This document shows, in pieces, positions 55,663 to 64,000 of a stretch of DNA of 64,000 bases. Origin of the DNA: a virus (lineage: Duplodnaviria; Caudoviricetes); IMG/VR virus record IMGVR_UViG_2724679131_000001, positions 3,037 to 67,036 of that record. The stretch is one strand, 5' to 3'. A model generated the notes under the pieces. That model was not told the origin of the DNA. It saw nothing but the letters and a program-made list of their open reading frames with translations, and ran no database searches. The translations under genes were made by a program, and so were the position numbers. Position 1 is the first letter of the stretch; every line of letters starts with the position of its first letter.

Positions 55663-57009
55663 CTAAAATTCCGCGAACTGCGTCGAAATTTCCGCACCTG
55701 CCGGCATGTCTTGCACGATGCCCACCGAAGGAATATAAAGGATCTCCGCTTGCTCACCCTCGCCACCGTCGCGTCCCTTGTTAAGTCCAATAAGCCCGCG
55801 CCCCTGCTTGTAGTCCGTATCGACTCCGATCAGCAAGTACGCATCTTCGAGCAGCTGCTTCGTTTTTTTGACGTCGCGCCGTTCCGGCAGCGCCAGTTCA
55901 CGGTTCCCGTCGTCGTCTTTTTCCTCGTTTGTCTCTTCCGCTTGCGTGATCGCAAAAATGACCGTATGCGTCTGTCCGGCAATCCTGCGCAATTTCATCG
56001 ACGTTGCCGCTGCGTCGCCGCCGGCCGTCTTGCTTGTGTTGCGTTCGTAATCGAGGTAATAAAAAGGGTCGATTACGACGACATCGGCTTTTGTGCGCTC
56101 GATGTCGGCACGCAATGCGGTTAAGTTACGGCTGTAAAAATCGTCGTCGTCGACAGCGCGCACTGTAATATTGCCCGGCAAAAACTCGTTTAGCTGGTCG
56201 ATAAAAGCCCGAAACGCTACGTCAAATTCAGCTGGCAGCTTACCTGCGCGCAAGTCGCTCGAATTAAACCCTGCGTCCATGTTCACGCCTTCGATTTCGG
56301 TCGACAGCAGGCCGCGGCGCGCCGACAGACTAACGTAAATCCGTACAAGCACTTCGTACCAGCCCATTTCCATCGCCCAAATCAGCACGTTTGCGCCTTG
56401 CATAGCGCATTCAATTGCTTCCTCGAGTGTAAATACCGATTTCCCGCGCCCAGATTTACCGTACACGACGTAAACGTTTGACGATACATAGTCGGGGATC
56501 ATGCGGAATTTTGACTTCCACGTCCTAAACGACTCGCCTTCTTTGCGCCGGTCATATTCTGATAGAAATTTGTCGCCGTCTGCCTTAACGTCGGTTCCAA
56601 GTTTAGAACCTGTGTTCGTGTTAATTATAATACGATCAAGCTCGGATTGCAAGTCCGTAAGTAATTTTTTTCCTTCTTTTCCGTCATTAAAATCATCGGT
56701 AAATTTTCCGGTTATAAACCGCATAAGCTCCAGTTTCGCGCTGTTGTCCTTTATTCGTTCCGCAAGGTACTCATATCGATCTGTCACCTGCGGAATATCC
56801 ATAAAGCCGGGCACCTCGGCAACAACCGTCGCATAGGACGGAGCGTCGCCGTGATTACGTTCGGCATAGTCGACAATAAACCGGTATGCCTGCTTTTCTG
56901 CTTCGGTTGGCATGTCGGCTTCCGTAATGTTAAACCGGGCAAGCGCCGATACGTCGTTTTGCTCGATAACCTTGTTCAACAGCATTGTTGCGTACTCCAC
57001 CGCGTTCAC
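55663..57009 (-). CDS. DnaB-like replicative helicase
   Basis: GKSGRGKS, AMEM, VVIDP, ITQA, KGRDG. Confidence 0.92.
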   Translation of the reverse strand: MNAVEYATMLLNKVIEQNDVSALARFNITEADMPTEAEKQAYRFIVDYAERNHGDAPSYATVVAEVPGFMDIPQVTDRYEYLAERIKDNSAKLELMRFITGKFTDDFNDGKEGKKLLTDLQSELDRIIINTNTGSKLGTDVKADGDKFLSEYDRRKEGESFRTWKSKFRMIPDYVSSNVYVVYGKSGRGKSVFTLEEAIECAMQGANVLIWAMEMGWYEVLVRIYVSLSARRGLLSTEIEGVNMDAGFNSSDLRAGKLPAEFDVAFRAFIDQLNEFLPGNITVRAVDDDDFYSRNLTALRADIERTKADVVVIDPFYYLDYERNTSKTAGGDAAATSMKLRRIAGQTHTVIFAITQAEETNEEKDDDGNRELALPERRDVKKTKQLLEDAYLLIGVDTDYKQGRGLIGLNKGRDGGEGEQAEILYIPSVGIVQDMPAGAEISTQFAEF

Positions 57010-57488
57010 TCCTTTCGACTAGCATCCGCCAGCTTTCGCTTTATTTCCGCCAATTTCTCCGTGTACTCCAAGCCGCCAAACAACGCAACCAGCGTAAGAA
57101 TATCGTTATATTCGTCCAATAGTGCATCGATTTTCCTCCGTTTTTCTGCCGCCTTTCTTGCGGCCAGCTCCTTCGCAGATGGCTTGCGAGGATCCGGCTT
57201 ATATCCGAAATTAAGCATCGGCGTGTCCTCCCGTAGAATTATTAAGCCCGCTGGCTTTTGCGCTGCTAAGAACTCGGCTGCGTCCGCGGCTGGTGCAACA
57301 ACTGACAAGTCGTCGGCATCGGCCTCAAGCCAATCGCCTGTTTGGACGTCGGTCAATTCGTAAACTACGTCTATCCATTCTTCGTCCGGATAATGCCAGT
57401 GCTCCGTTCGATAGCCGTCAACCTGGAATAAACGCGCACCATAGCCGGCCACGCTGACAAGGTCGCCGAACTTCGGGCGGGCGGTCAT
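57006..57488 (-). CDS. Hypothetical protein (YodN-like)
   Basis: PKFGDLV, IDALLDEYND. Confidence 0.7.
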   Translation of the reverse strand: MTARPKFGDLVSVAGYGARLFQVDGYRTEHWHYPDEEWIDVVYELTDVQTGDWLEADADDLSVVAPAADAAEFLAAQKPAGLIILREDTPMLNFGYKPDPRKPSAKELAARKAAEKRRKIDALLDEYNDILTLVALFGGLEYTEKLAEIKRKLADASRKE

Positions 57489-58249
57489 CGGCGTTTCCCC
57501 CTTTTTGATTCGCCCGCAAAATGTAGCACGGCGCACTGGTCACGCATGCGATCGTACAGCCTTGCGTCAAACACGGCCGCCATTTCCTCGATTGGCAAGT
57601 TGCTAGTGTAGACGGTCGGCATGGCGTTTGTCACACGGTAATTAATGACGCTATGCAAATCGCCCCTAAAGCCTTCCGTCGCCTGCCTCACCCCTATGTC
57701 ATCGAGCACTGCAAAAGGCACTTGTTTTGCGTTTGTTAGCCGGCGGTAATATTCCCGGGCAGCTTTTTCGGCTACGTCCTGCGGCACATGTGACCTGTTA
57801 AATTCGTTATATAACGATTGCCATTCGTTCACGTCCAAGAAGTACGCCGGCGCTTGCAACGGTTGCCTATTCCGCTGCAACGAGCCGAGGTAATGCCGCC
57901 GTACGTACTCATTAAGCACGGCGCACGCTGTCGTCGTCTTGCCGGTACCTGGCGATTCCGAGTATAAATACAAGGACTTGATGCGGTCGGCATCCGGTGC
58001 AAACTGCCGGCCGAACGTCCGCACATATGCCTCGACAGCCCGATATACTTGCGGCTGACTTGCCCTTGCCGGCGAATTGGCGATCGTCAGCAACCGGTAA
58101 TCTGACGGCGTGCCAGTAGCGCCAATGCGGCCGCCGCTGCCCGATCGACCATGTATGCCGATAAAATGACCGCAGTTGGTGGTGCATGCCTCGGTGCCGG
58201 CCAACTTGCATATGTCCGCTAAAATGCAGCGATGTTCATTCGTTGTCAA
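57485..58249 (-). CDS. DnaC/IstB-like helicase loader
   Basis: Cys cluster, PGTGKT, LDDIG, TSN, RLYDRM, GESKR. Confidence 0.9.
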   Translation of the reverse strand: MTTNEHRCILADICKLAGTEACTTNCGHFIGIHGRSGSGGRIGATGTPSDYRLLTIANSPARASQPQVYRAVEAYVRTFGRQFAPDADRIKSLYLYSESPGTGKTTTACAVLNEYVRRHYLGSLQRNRQPLQAPAYFLDVNEWQSLYNEFNRSHVPQDVAEKAAREYYRRLTNAKQVPFAVLDDIGVRQATEGFRGDLHSVINYRVTNAMPTVYTSNLPIEEMAAVFDARLYDRMRDQCAVLHFAGESKRGKRR

Positions 58250-58301
58250 TCCGCCATTCCCTCCTTAGCTTCGTTAATTGCTTTGACGATTTTGTGACCG
58301 C

Positions 58302-58691
58302 CTACAGCCAATCAGCCAACTCGTCCCACTTGTCGTTATCACTCTCCGCTTTGGCAGCCGCCTCCTTTCGTTTTTCCTCCGCCAGCACCCGTTGCCACAC
58401 CGCTTTTTTGTATGTCCAAAACCAGCCGAAGCTAACGCCTGGGTATTGCGGGGTCGTTCGGTGGTTGGCGAAGCACTCGTCAACAAACCGTTTTACAACG
58501 GCCGGCGAGTACTTGCGCGGCTTCGTGCGTGTGCCGATTAGGTTTCCGAGTAGCCCGCGCTCGACCGACCAACTGCGATAAGGCACGTATTCGACACCGT
58601 ACAGTTCCGCGTGCTTGTCGGCGATGTAAGCGAGCATATCGTTAACCGTCCACCCGCTGACTGGCTTGTCGGTGTATTTAATTGCGGTCAT
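58302..58691 (-). CDS. Hypothetical protein, possibly initiator C-terminal / loader partner
   Basis: Position upstream of the loader. Confidence 0.6.
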   Translation of the reverse strand: MTAIKYTDKPVSGWTVNDMLAYIADKHAELYGVEYVPYRSWSVERGLLGNLIGTRTKPRKYSPAVVKRFVDECFANHRTTPQYPGVSFGWFWTYKKAVWQRVLAEEKRKEAAAKAESDNDKWDELADWL

Positions 58692-58718
58692 TCGGCGTCT
58701 CCTCCTTCGATAAGCTGT

Positions 58719-59183
58719 TCATTCGTCAACATGCTCCATCCCCTCCTTATACGCCCAGTATCGCCACATCGTTTCGCGAATGTACGGCAACGGGTCTGGC
58801 GTCGCCCGCAAGTGTGTATCGATGTCCTGCAAGAACGCATCGAGGATTTCAGCGGGCCTGCCTCTGTCCTCGCCGCGGATAAACCCGAAATCGTTGTCGC
58901 GTAGCATGCCATGCAGCACCTTGCCCAGCCGATTCACCTCGTCCTCACTTCCGATTTTGTCATCGTCGGCATAGCCGGCCTCTTCGAACATGGCGTGCGT
59001 CAGCTCGTGGACCATGACCTCGTGCATCCGTGATTTGCACAGTGCATCGTCGATTTTGATAACATTATCGTCATAGCCGACTTGGCCAGCGAGATCATGC
59101 CGTCGTACCAGTCCGTTCACCATCTCGATTGTGTAATCGTTGCTGCCGACGCGGAAAGTCCTGTTGTGTAATGATTGCGTCAT
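58719..59183 (-). CDS. HExxH metallopeptidase-like (ImmA/IrrE-related) protein
   Basis: VHELTHAMF; GGAGGAG RBS. Confidence 0.7.
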   Translation of the reverse strand: MTQSLHNRTFRVGSNDYTIEMVNGLVRRHDLAGQVGYDDNVIKIDDALCKSRMHEVMVHELTHAMFEEAGYADDDKIGSEDEVNRLGKVLHGMLRDNDFGFIRGEDRGRPAEILDAFLQDIDTHLRATPDPLPYIRETMWRYWAYKEGMEHVDE

Positions 59184-59250
59184 GTATACGTCACTCCTCC
59201 GCTTTATTTTCGCCGTTTTAGCGCTTGTAGGCCGTACCCTTACAAACACC

Positions 59251-59556
59251 TTAGCCGTACACTAGCGCCTTTATTTCGCGCTGAAATTCCCTAATTTCGC
59301 TTATGATTTCCGCCAATGTTGTGGCATCGCTATCGAGTACTTCTTGGTCGATGATCGCTGCCAGTGCCTTGTCTAGCGTTGAGTGATAACTCACCTCGCG
59401 CCATTCTTCGCGGGGCGTTGGGTCTGCGCCTTCCGCTTGCCGTTTCGCCCAGTTCGGGGCCTTCGTCGGATCGACGATGATCTTCCGATTAACGATTACA
59501 TTGCGTTCATCGGACGTTATTTTATACCGCGAATTTACCGTAATATTAAGCGCCAT
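59251..59556 (-). CDS. Phage protein (DUF5405-like)
   Basis: YKITSD, SYHSTL..AL. Confidence 0.65.
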   Translation of the reverse strand: MALNITVNSRYKITSDERNVIVNRKIIVDPTKAPNWAKRQAEGADPTPREEWREVSYHSTLDKALAAIIDQEVLDSDATTLAEIISEIREFQREIKALVYG

Positions 59557-59625
59557 TCTGTACGCCTTCCTTTCCTATTAATGCTGGATTAATCACGCTA
59601 ATTTGCCGGTAAAAATAAGTGACAT

Positions 59626-60003
59626 CTAGGCGTTGATTCCTTCGACTTCAATGCCGAGGATGTAAAGAATATTTTCTACAGTGTTAAGAACCCCTGCACA
59701 ATACCCCTCTCCCCATTCATTTAAAGAAGTTTTGCTGGAGTAATTATCCTTCGTCCCTTCATAGAGGTCGCGAATCTGCTCTTCCGGCGTCTTCTCAATT
59801 TCGTATCCGTTGACTAGTGCGGCAAGTATTAGGTCTTCGTTGTCACCGTCTACGTATGCGAATTTCCGTAACATACCTACATTCGAACCGTCGCTTGCGT
59901 TCCCATGCTCTAGCGCAGATGCTATCCGTACATTAGACCATCCGATCTCCCTTAATGCGGAAATTGCTTCCGCTACTTCTTTCGGCAAAGTTACCTTTTC
60001 CAT
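59626..60003 (-). CDS. Phage protein (DUF1642-like)
   Basis: KVTLP.EVAEAI, ALVNGYEIE. Confidence 0.7.
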   Translation of the reverse strand: MEKVTLPKEVAEAISALREIGWSNVRIASALEHGNASDGSNVGMLRKFAYVDGDNEDLILAALVNGYEIEKTPEEQIRDLYEGTKDNYSSKTSLNEWGEGYCAGVLNTVENILYILGIEVEGINA

Positions 60004-60249
60004 GTTCCGCTTCCTCCTTCGGCGCCGGCGCCACAGTGGCACGCCTTGGCTCTTATTATTTTATTCAAAATACCTCCGTCTCTATCTATGTCGGAATGTA
60101 CTTATATCGATAAAATCGGTTAGTATTTAACACAGCGACCGTGAGCGATAGCGAACGGGCGCAATGTTTTTATTCTTTTTGATAATTCTTTTTAAATATT
60201 TCTTTTTCATTAACGCTAGCGTAGTTTATAATCTACTGAATAGTAGTTA

Positions 60250-60714
60250 TTATCTTTGCGCTGATAGTTTAGCGCCTTTTTCTTTGCCCAGCAGACGCCC
60301 GATCGCCCCGCCGTGTTTACTGATTACGCTTCGCAAGGCTTCGTTAATCTCCGCTTCTTTTTCGCGAAACTGCACTCTAGTTAACGGGTCGTTTACGATG
60401 TAGTAAATCTTGTCTTTGCCGCGTCCGATCGGCCGCCGCTCGATTTCGACCAGCCCGCTTGCTTCTAGGATGTCATCGATGATTGGCAACGTCGAATACG
60501 ACAGCTGAAACTTTTCGACGACGCCTTGCCGACCGTTCCACGACCGCCCATGATCGCGGTCGCCTTCGCGGTTGTTGCGGTACCGGAGCAAGTACAAATA
60601 GTACAGCGTGGCTTTGTCGCCGATGTACGGATGATATAAGTCGAAAAGCTCGTGATAGACTAGCGTAAAGCCATCGCGTGTGTGCCCCGTGCGAATGTAT
60701 GCTTGTTGCGTCAT
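60250..60714 (-). CDS. Winged-helix replication-initiator-like protein (DnaD-N-like)
   Basis: GFT.V...FD.Y...IG, YLYLLRYRN, L...GLVEI. Confidence 0.7.
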   Translation of the reverse strand: MTQQAYIRTGHTRDGFTLVYHELFDLYHPYIGDKATLYYLYLLRYRNNREGDRDHGRSWNGRQGVVEKFQLSYSTLPIIDDILEASGLVEIERRPIGRGKDKIYYIVNDPLTRVQFREKEAEINEALRSVISKHGGAIGRLLGKEKGAKLSAQR

Positions 60715-60729
60715 ATTGTCGCCTCCTTG

Positions 60730-61221
60730 TCAGTGCTTATCGAGATATCTGCGTAATGCTCGGCAAAAATCTCCACCCTTTCCGTGATCGATTACCGTTT
60801 GAATTAGACAAGGCTTTCCGCGTACCACCGTCGGCTTAACACTATATACATCAAATCCAGTGCTGTCGGCAAGGATTCGGTAGGCTTTCGTCCAAGCAAG
60901 CCCGAATTTAAGCCCGTCCTTTGCACAAAGTTCTGCGATTAGTGCGTGTGCTTCTTGTTTTAGTTCCGCTTTATCCGCCGGTACAAAACTCGTTGTTTTC
61001 GGAACGTTTAGGCTTAGCTTTAACTGATGTTTGTTCTGCTTCCCAGACTCTATCGCGAATTTCACGTCATCAAGCGTTTTTGACCGCTTAGGATGCAAAA
61101 ACTCCTGTTCTCCTAGCGCTTTAGACGCAATGACAGGAAATAGTGACTTCGCAAAATCTTTCATGTCCTCACCGAAAATATAAGCAACGCCGCCATTTTT
61201 AAGCTCTTTTAAAGCTAACAT
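60730..61221 (-). CDS. Hypothetical protein (antirepressor C-terminal-like)
   Basis: AWTKAY..L...GFDV; AAGGAGG RBS. Confidence 0.6.
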   Translation of the reverse strand: MLALKELKNGGVAYIFGEDMKDFAKSLFPVIASKALGEQEFLHPKRSKTLDDVKFAIESGKQNKHQLKLSLNVPKTTSFVPADKAELKQEAHALIAELCAKDGLKFGLAWTKAYRILADSTGFDVYSVKPTVVRGKPCLIQTVIDHGKGGDFCRALRRYLDKH

Positions 61222-61235
61222 TTTTATTCCTCCTT

Positions 61236-62108
61236 TTATTGTTCAATTATAACTGCGTCTTGTTCCGTAAGAGTTTGCTCAAGCTTACCGAGAAAGACTT
61301 TTAACGTTCGTATAGCGCTCAAATATTCAGACTTTCCATCTGGTATCATTTCGTTAAATTCCCGTGCAAAATGCGTTAAATGTCCGTATTTCTCGATAAA
61401 CTTGCGCACATCTTCACTAAATTCGAATACTGTATATGTGATTGCATCTCCGTTTGTTACCCGTGTTGCCTTGCCTTCGTACATTGAGATATCGCCGAAA
61501 AGACTTTTGTATTGTGCAAGTTCTTGCATCACCCGTTCGTCTTTGACATATTCCGTTCTGACCTCGACTTCCGGCGGCTTTTCTTCGATTGACTCAAGCG
61601 TGTCGCGAAGTATCTGCGCGTCGCGTTCGGCTGTCGCCCGCTGCTGTTCGGCAAGTTTACGAGCCGTTTCTTCCTCCTTTAACGCCTTCTTGACTTCCCG
61701 TAATTCACGGACGGTCATTTCATCGACCGTTTTCGTTTCGCCCGTTGATGGGATGATGTGTGGTTGTTCCACGAATTGCTGACGGTCAATTTCCACTGGC
61801 AACGAAAGCATTTCGAAGATTTTTCCAACCGGTAGGCTTAAAACGGTAGACGTCTGCCGATTTCCAAATTGTTCGTATGCTTGCATCATCGCTCGTGCTG
61901 TGCGGTCATTCATCCCAATGCTCTCGAGCCAATCTCCAAACTCACCGTGTGCCAGATCGTTATCTTTAACATGCTTCAATCGACGACCAATTTCGAATAT
62001 AGCCTCGCCAGCCACCCGTTGGTAGGCGTTTATTTCAGCTGTGATTACATTTATGTCGGTTGACAAAGATTCTTCCGCAGCATCACCCCGTTTCTGTTCG
62101 AGTTCCAT
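61236..62108 (-). CDS. DUF3102-domain protein
   Basis: [28 protein letters not shown]. Confidence 0.85.
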   Translation of the reverse strand: MELEQKRGDAAEESLSTDINVITAEINAYQRVAGEAIFEIGRRLKHVKDNDLAHGEFGDWLESIGMNDRTARAMMQAYEQFGNRQTSTVLSLPVGKIFEMLSLPVEIDRQQFVEQPHIIPSTGETKTVDEMTVRELREVKKALKEEETARKLAEQQRATAERDAQILRDTLESIEEKPPEVEVRTEYVKDERVMQELAQYKSLFGDISMYEGKATRVTNGDAITYTVFEFSEDVRKFIEKYGHLTHFAREFNEMIPDGKSEYLSAIRTLKVFLGKLEQTLTEQDAVIIEQ

Positions 62109-62324
62109 CCTCGATCACCTCCGTAGGTTAAATATTCGTTACTGTAGATTTTTGCGTACTCTTTGATGCCTTACACTTTATATATCGTAACTAGTAAGGC
62201 AACCGTGGCACTTTACAGCAATTTTTTTCGTTCTCACTTATATATTCCCAGTTTTTCGTAAAATGTGGGACATTTAATACTCAATTTTTTTTGAAAAAAA
62301 AAATAACCCACGCTTTCGCGCAGG

Positions 62325-62739
62325 TTACTTGAGGCCCATTTGGGCTTTTCCTTCTACTTTTCCGCCCTGGAACGTTACATTAGCATTGGCGCCAATATCT
62401 CCTTCTCCCTTCCATTCATATATTTGTGTCTTATATTCACCGTCGCCAGATTCGCTTTGCAGTTCGCCTTTGCTTCCGACAATCTTAACGACTTGATTGT
62501 AAGTCATGCCGGTTTTTATTTGCGAAAACTCCGATTTTGACATCGTAGCTTTATTCATCGGCTTCTTCGTCGTTGCCTCAGCAGACGTTTCTGTCGACTT
62601 AGCGTTTTTACTCGATGGCTTGCTATTATCATCGCTGCCGCCTCCGGATCCAATTCCGATAGCACCGACGATGACTACTATGATAACCCAAAACCACCAC
62701 CGTTTATAAAACTTCTTTTTTTGGCTTCCCCGTCTCCAT
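62325..62739 (-). pseudogene. Membrane-anchored DUF3862-like protein, frameshifted in an A7 run
   Basis: AGGAGG-ATG at 62739 hits TAA after 11 codons; removing one A restores KKKFYKRWWFW-TM-...IKTGMTYNQV. Confidence 0.75.
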
Positions 62740-62847
62740 ATTTCAATCCTCCTAATCGTTTATATATTTAGTATAGATGACATATTCCGAACGCGCAACC
62801 GCTTTTATAAAAGCAAAAACGAAACGCCTGCCGCAGCCGACACTACG

Positions 62848-63843
62848 TTATAAGTACTTTCGTAAATTTTTCGCTATTTCCTCTTTGTCCATGTGTAAGT
62901 ATTGCGTCGTAACCGCAAGGTCGCTATGCCCAAGCGCTTTTGATATGTCGACAATGCTTGCGCCTTTTTCGAGCAGCGACTTTGCGAATCCCCGGCGCAA
63001 GGCATGCGGATTAATATTTTTCAACCCGTATTTTTTGGCGTATTTGTTGAGCCGTTTTTGAATATTGTTATTCGATGGGCTTGTGGCGACTGGGCCGCCT
63101 TTTTTCGTGATAAAAACGAGGTCGTTATCTACACCATACTCGCGCCTGATTGCGTCGTTTTGCTTCATTAGCACTTCTAGCATCCGAGCGAGTGCGTTGT
63201 CAAACGGTAGCAACAAGTCCTGCCGATTTTTCATGATTTCTCCATCTAACCGTAGCAGCTTTTCTGACAGGTCGACGTGCTTGTTTTCGAGATGAGCTAC
63301 GGTATTAACCCGGATGCCCGTTTTAAACATGAGTAATGCTGCCGTCGCATCCCGCAGCTGTACGAAGTCACCGAGGTCTAACACCGATAATAACGTCTTT
63401 ATGTCGCGTTCGGTGGCCCCCTCTTTTACACGGCTATCTACTTTAATCGTTATTGGCCGCCAGAATCGCGTCTTAATCCACCCGTTATCAAAACAACGTG
63501 ACAGAAACGCTTTAAGGCACTTTAACCGGGTTAGCTTCGTCTGGGGCACCACATCCATACCCGCTAACCATTCGTAAATTTTATCGGCTGTTATTTCGTC
63601 CACATAGACGATCCCTGTTTTACTGGCGAAATGATTAACGTATGTTTGATAGTCGTCAATTGTTCGCTGCCGGTTTCCGCTTATTTCCATTTGCCGCATA
63701 ACCGTAGCGAGCGCTTTTTCGACAGTGAGTCGGTCATTGACCGTTTTTGCCTTGCGTTTGGGTTCGGCTCGTCCCTGCGCTGGACGTTCGAAAAGGTTCG
63801 ATAAATCTTCCGTCACGGTGAGCACCGCCTTCTTTTTTGTCAT
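62848..63843 (-). CDS. int: Prophage tyrosine integrase
   Basis: SAM-like N-domain, TGIR, K, HALRR, LGH, TTQY; next to tRNA. Confidence 0.95.
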   Translation of the reverse strand: MTKKKAVLTVTEDLSNLFERPAQGRAEPKRKAKTVNDRLTVEKALATVMRQMEISGNRQRTIDDYQTYVNHFASKTGIVYVDEITADKIYEWLAGMDVVPQTKLTRLKCLKAFLSRCFDNGWIKTRFWRPITIKVDSRVKEGATERDIKTLLSVLDLGDFVQLRDATAALLMFKTGIRVNTVAHLENKHVDLSEKLLRLDGEIMKNRQDLLLPFDNALARMLEVLMKQNDAIRREYGVDNDLVFITKKGGPVATSPSNNNIQKRLNKYAKKYGLKNINPHALRRGFAKSLLEKGASIVDISKALGHSDLAVTTQYLHMDKEEIAKNLRKYL

Positions 63844-63892
63844 ACAAAAAACGCCTTCCTTCCGTAAATGAAATTTCGGGTCGTTTCGGTAT

Positions 63893-63925
63893 TTGACCGT
63901 TGCATTGACCGTTTCATTTGACGGG
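63893..63925. repeat. Tandem TTGACCGTT repeats (Int arm-type sites)
   Basis: 63893-63901, 63905-63913, degenerate 63917-63925. Confidence 0.6.
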
Positions 63926-63967
63926 AAGAAAAGCGCTTATGACGGGCTTTATCGCCCTTTTCCGCTA

Positions 63968-64000
63968 CGTCCCAGGAGGGATTCGAACCCCCGACCTGCG
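63968..64000 (-). tRNA. 3' part of tRNA-Arg (probably UCU type); att core
   Basis: Reverse complement CGCAGGTCGGGGGTTCGAATCCCTCCTGGGACG: T-arm GTTCGAA, acceptor CTGGGAC, discriminator G; anticodon outside the window. Confidence 0.85.

Larger units (their letters stand above)
5561..64000 (-). mobile_element. Temperate myovirus prophage integrated at tRNA-Arg; probably extends left to include 1-5380
   Basis: Complete co-oriented lysis, tail, head, packaging, replication and integrase modules; tRNA 3' end next to integrase; second att copy not seen in the window. Confidence 0.95.

Noticed and set aside
60730-63843. Arbitrium (aimR/aimP) communication locus
   Set aside because: No TPR-type receptor gene or secreted pro-peptide gene evident near the integrase

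Overview
Almost the whole window is one temperate Bacillaceae prophage (myovirus with a PBSX/Xkd-like contractile tail), encoded mainly on the minus strand and integrated at a tRNA-Arg gene whose 3' end lies at the right edge (63968-64000) next to a tyrosine integrase. From right to left it runs: integrase, early/regulatory genes, replication (DnaC-like loader, DnaB helicase, primase, SSB, PolA, truncated beta-clamp, RuvC), nucleotide metabolism (nrdIEF, phoH, dut, thyX, dNMP kinase), four DNA methyltransferase-type genes, a RepL-like gene, packaging, head, tail and lysis. Beyond the lysin (1-5380, + strand) is an accessory SNF2 helicase / IbrA (PAPS reductase-like) / GNAT-like / IbrB (ParB-like) cassette; the ibrA-to-4859 part is bracketed by a 19/20 bp direct repeat. 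The most unusual region is the terS-terL interval (27700-30350). It holds a small second tyrosine recombinase with a lox/dif-like site, a free-standing LAGLIDADG gene and two multi-stem junction RNAs whose CCUACC loops are complementary to GGUAGG boxes at the LAGLIDADG ribosome-binding site, which suggests a C4/CI-like antisense control system. All product calls come from motif recognition only; no searches were run.
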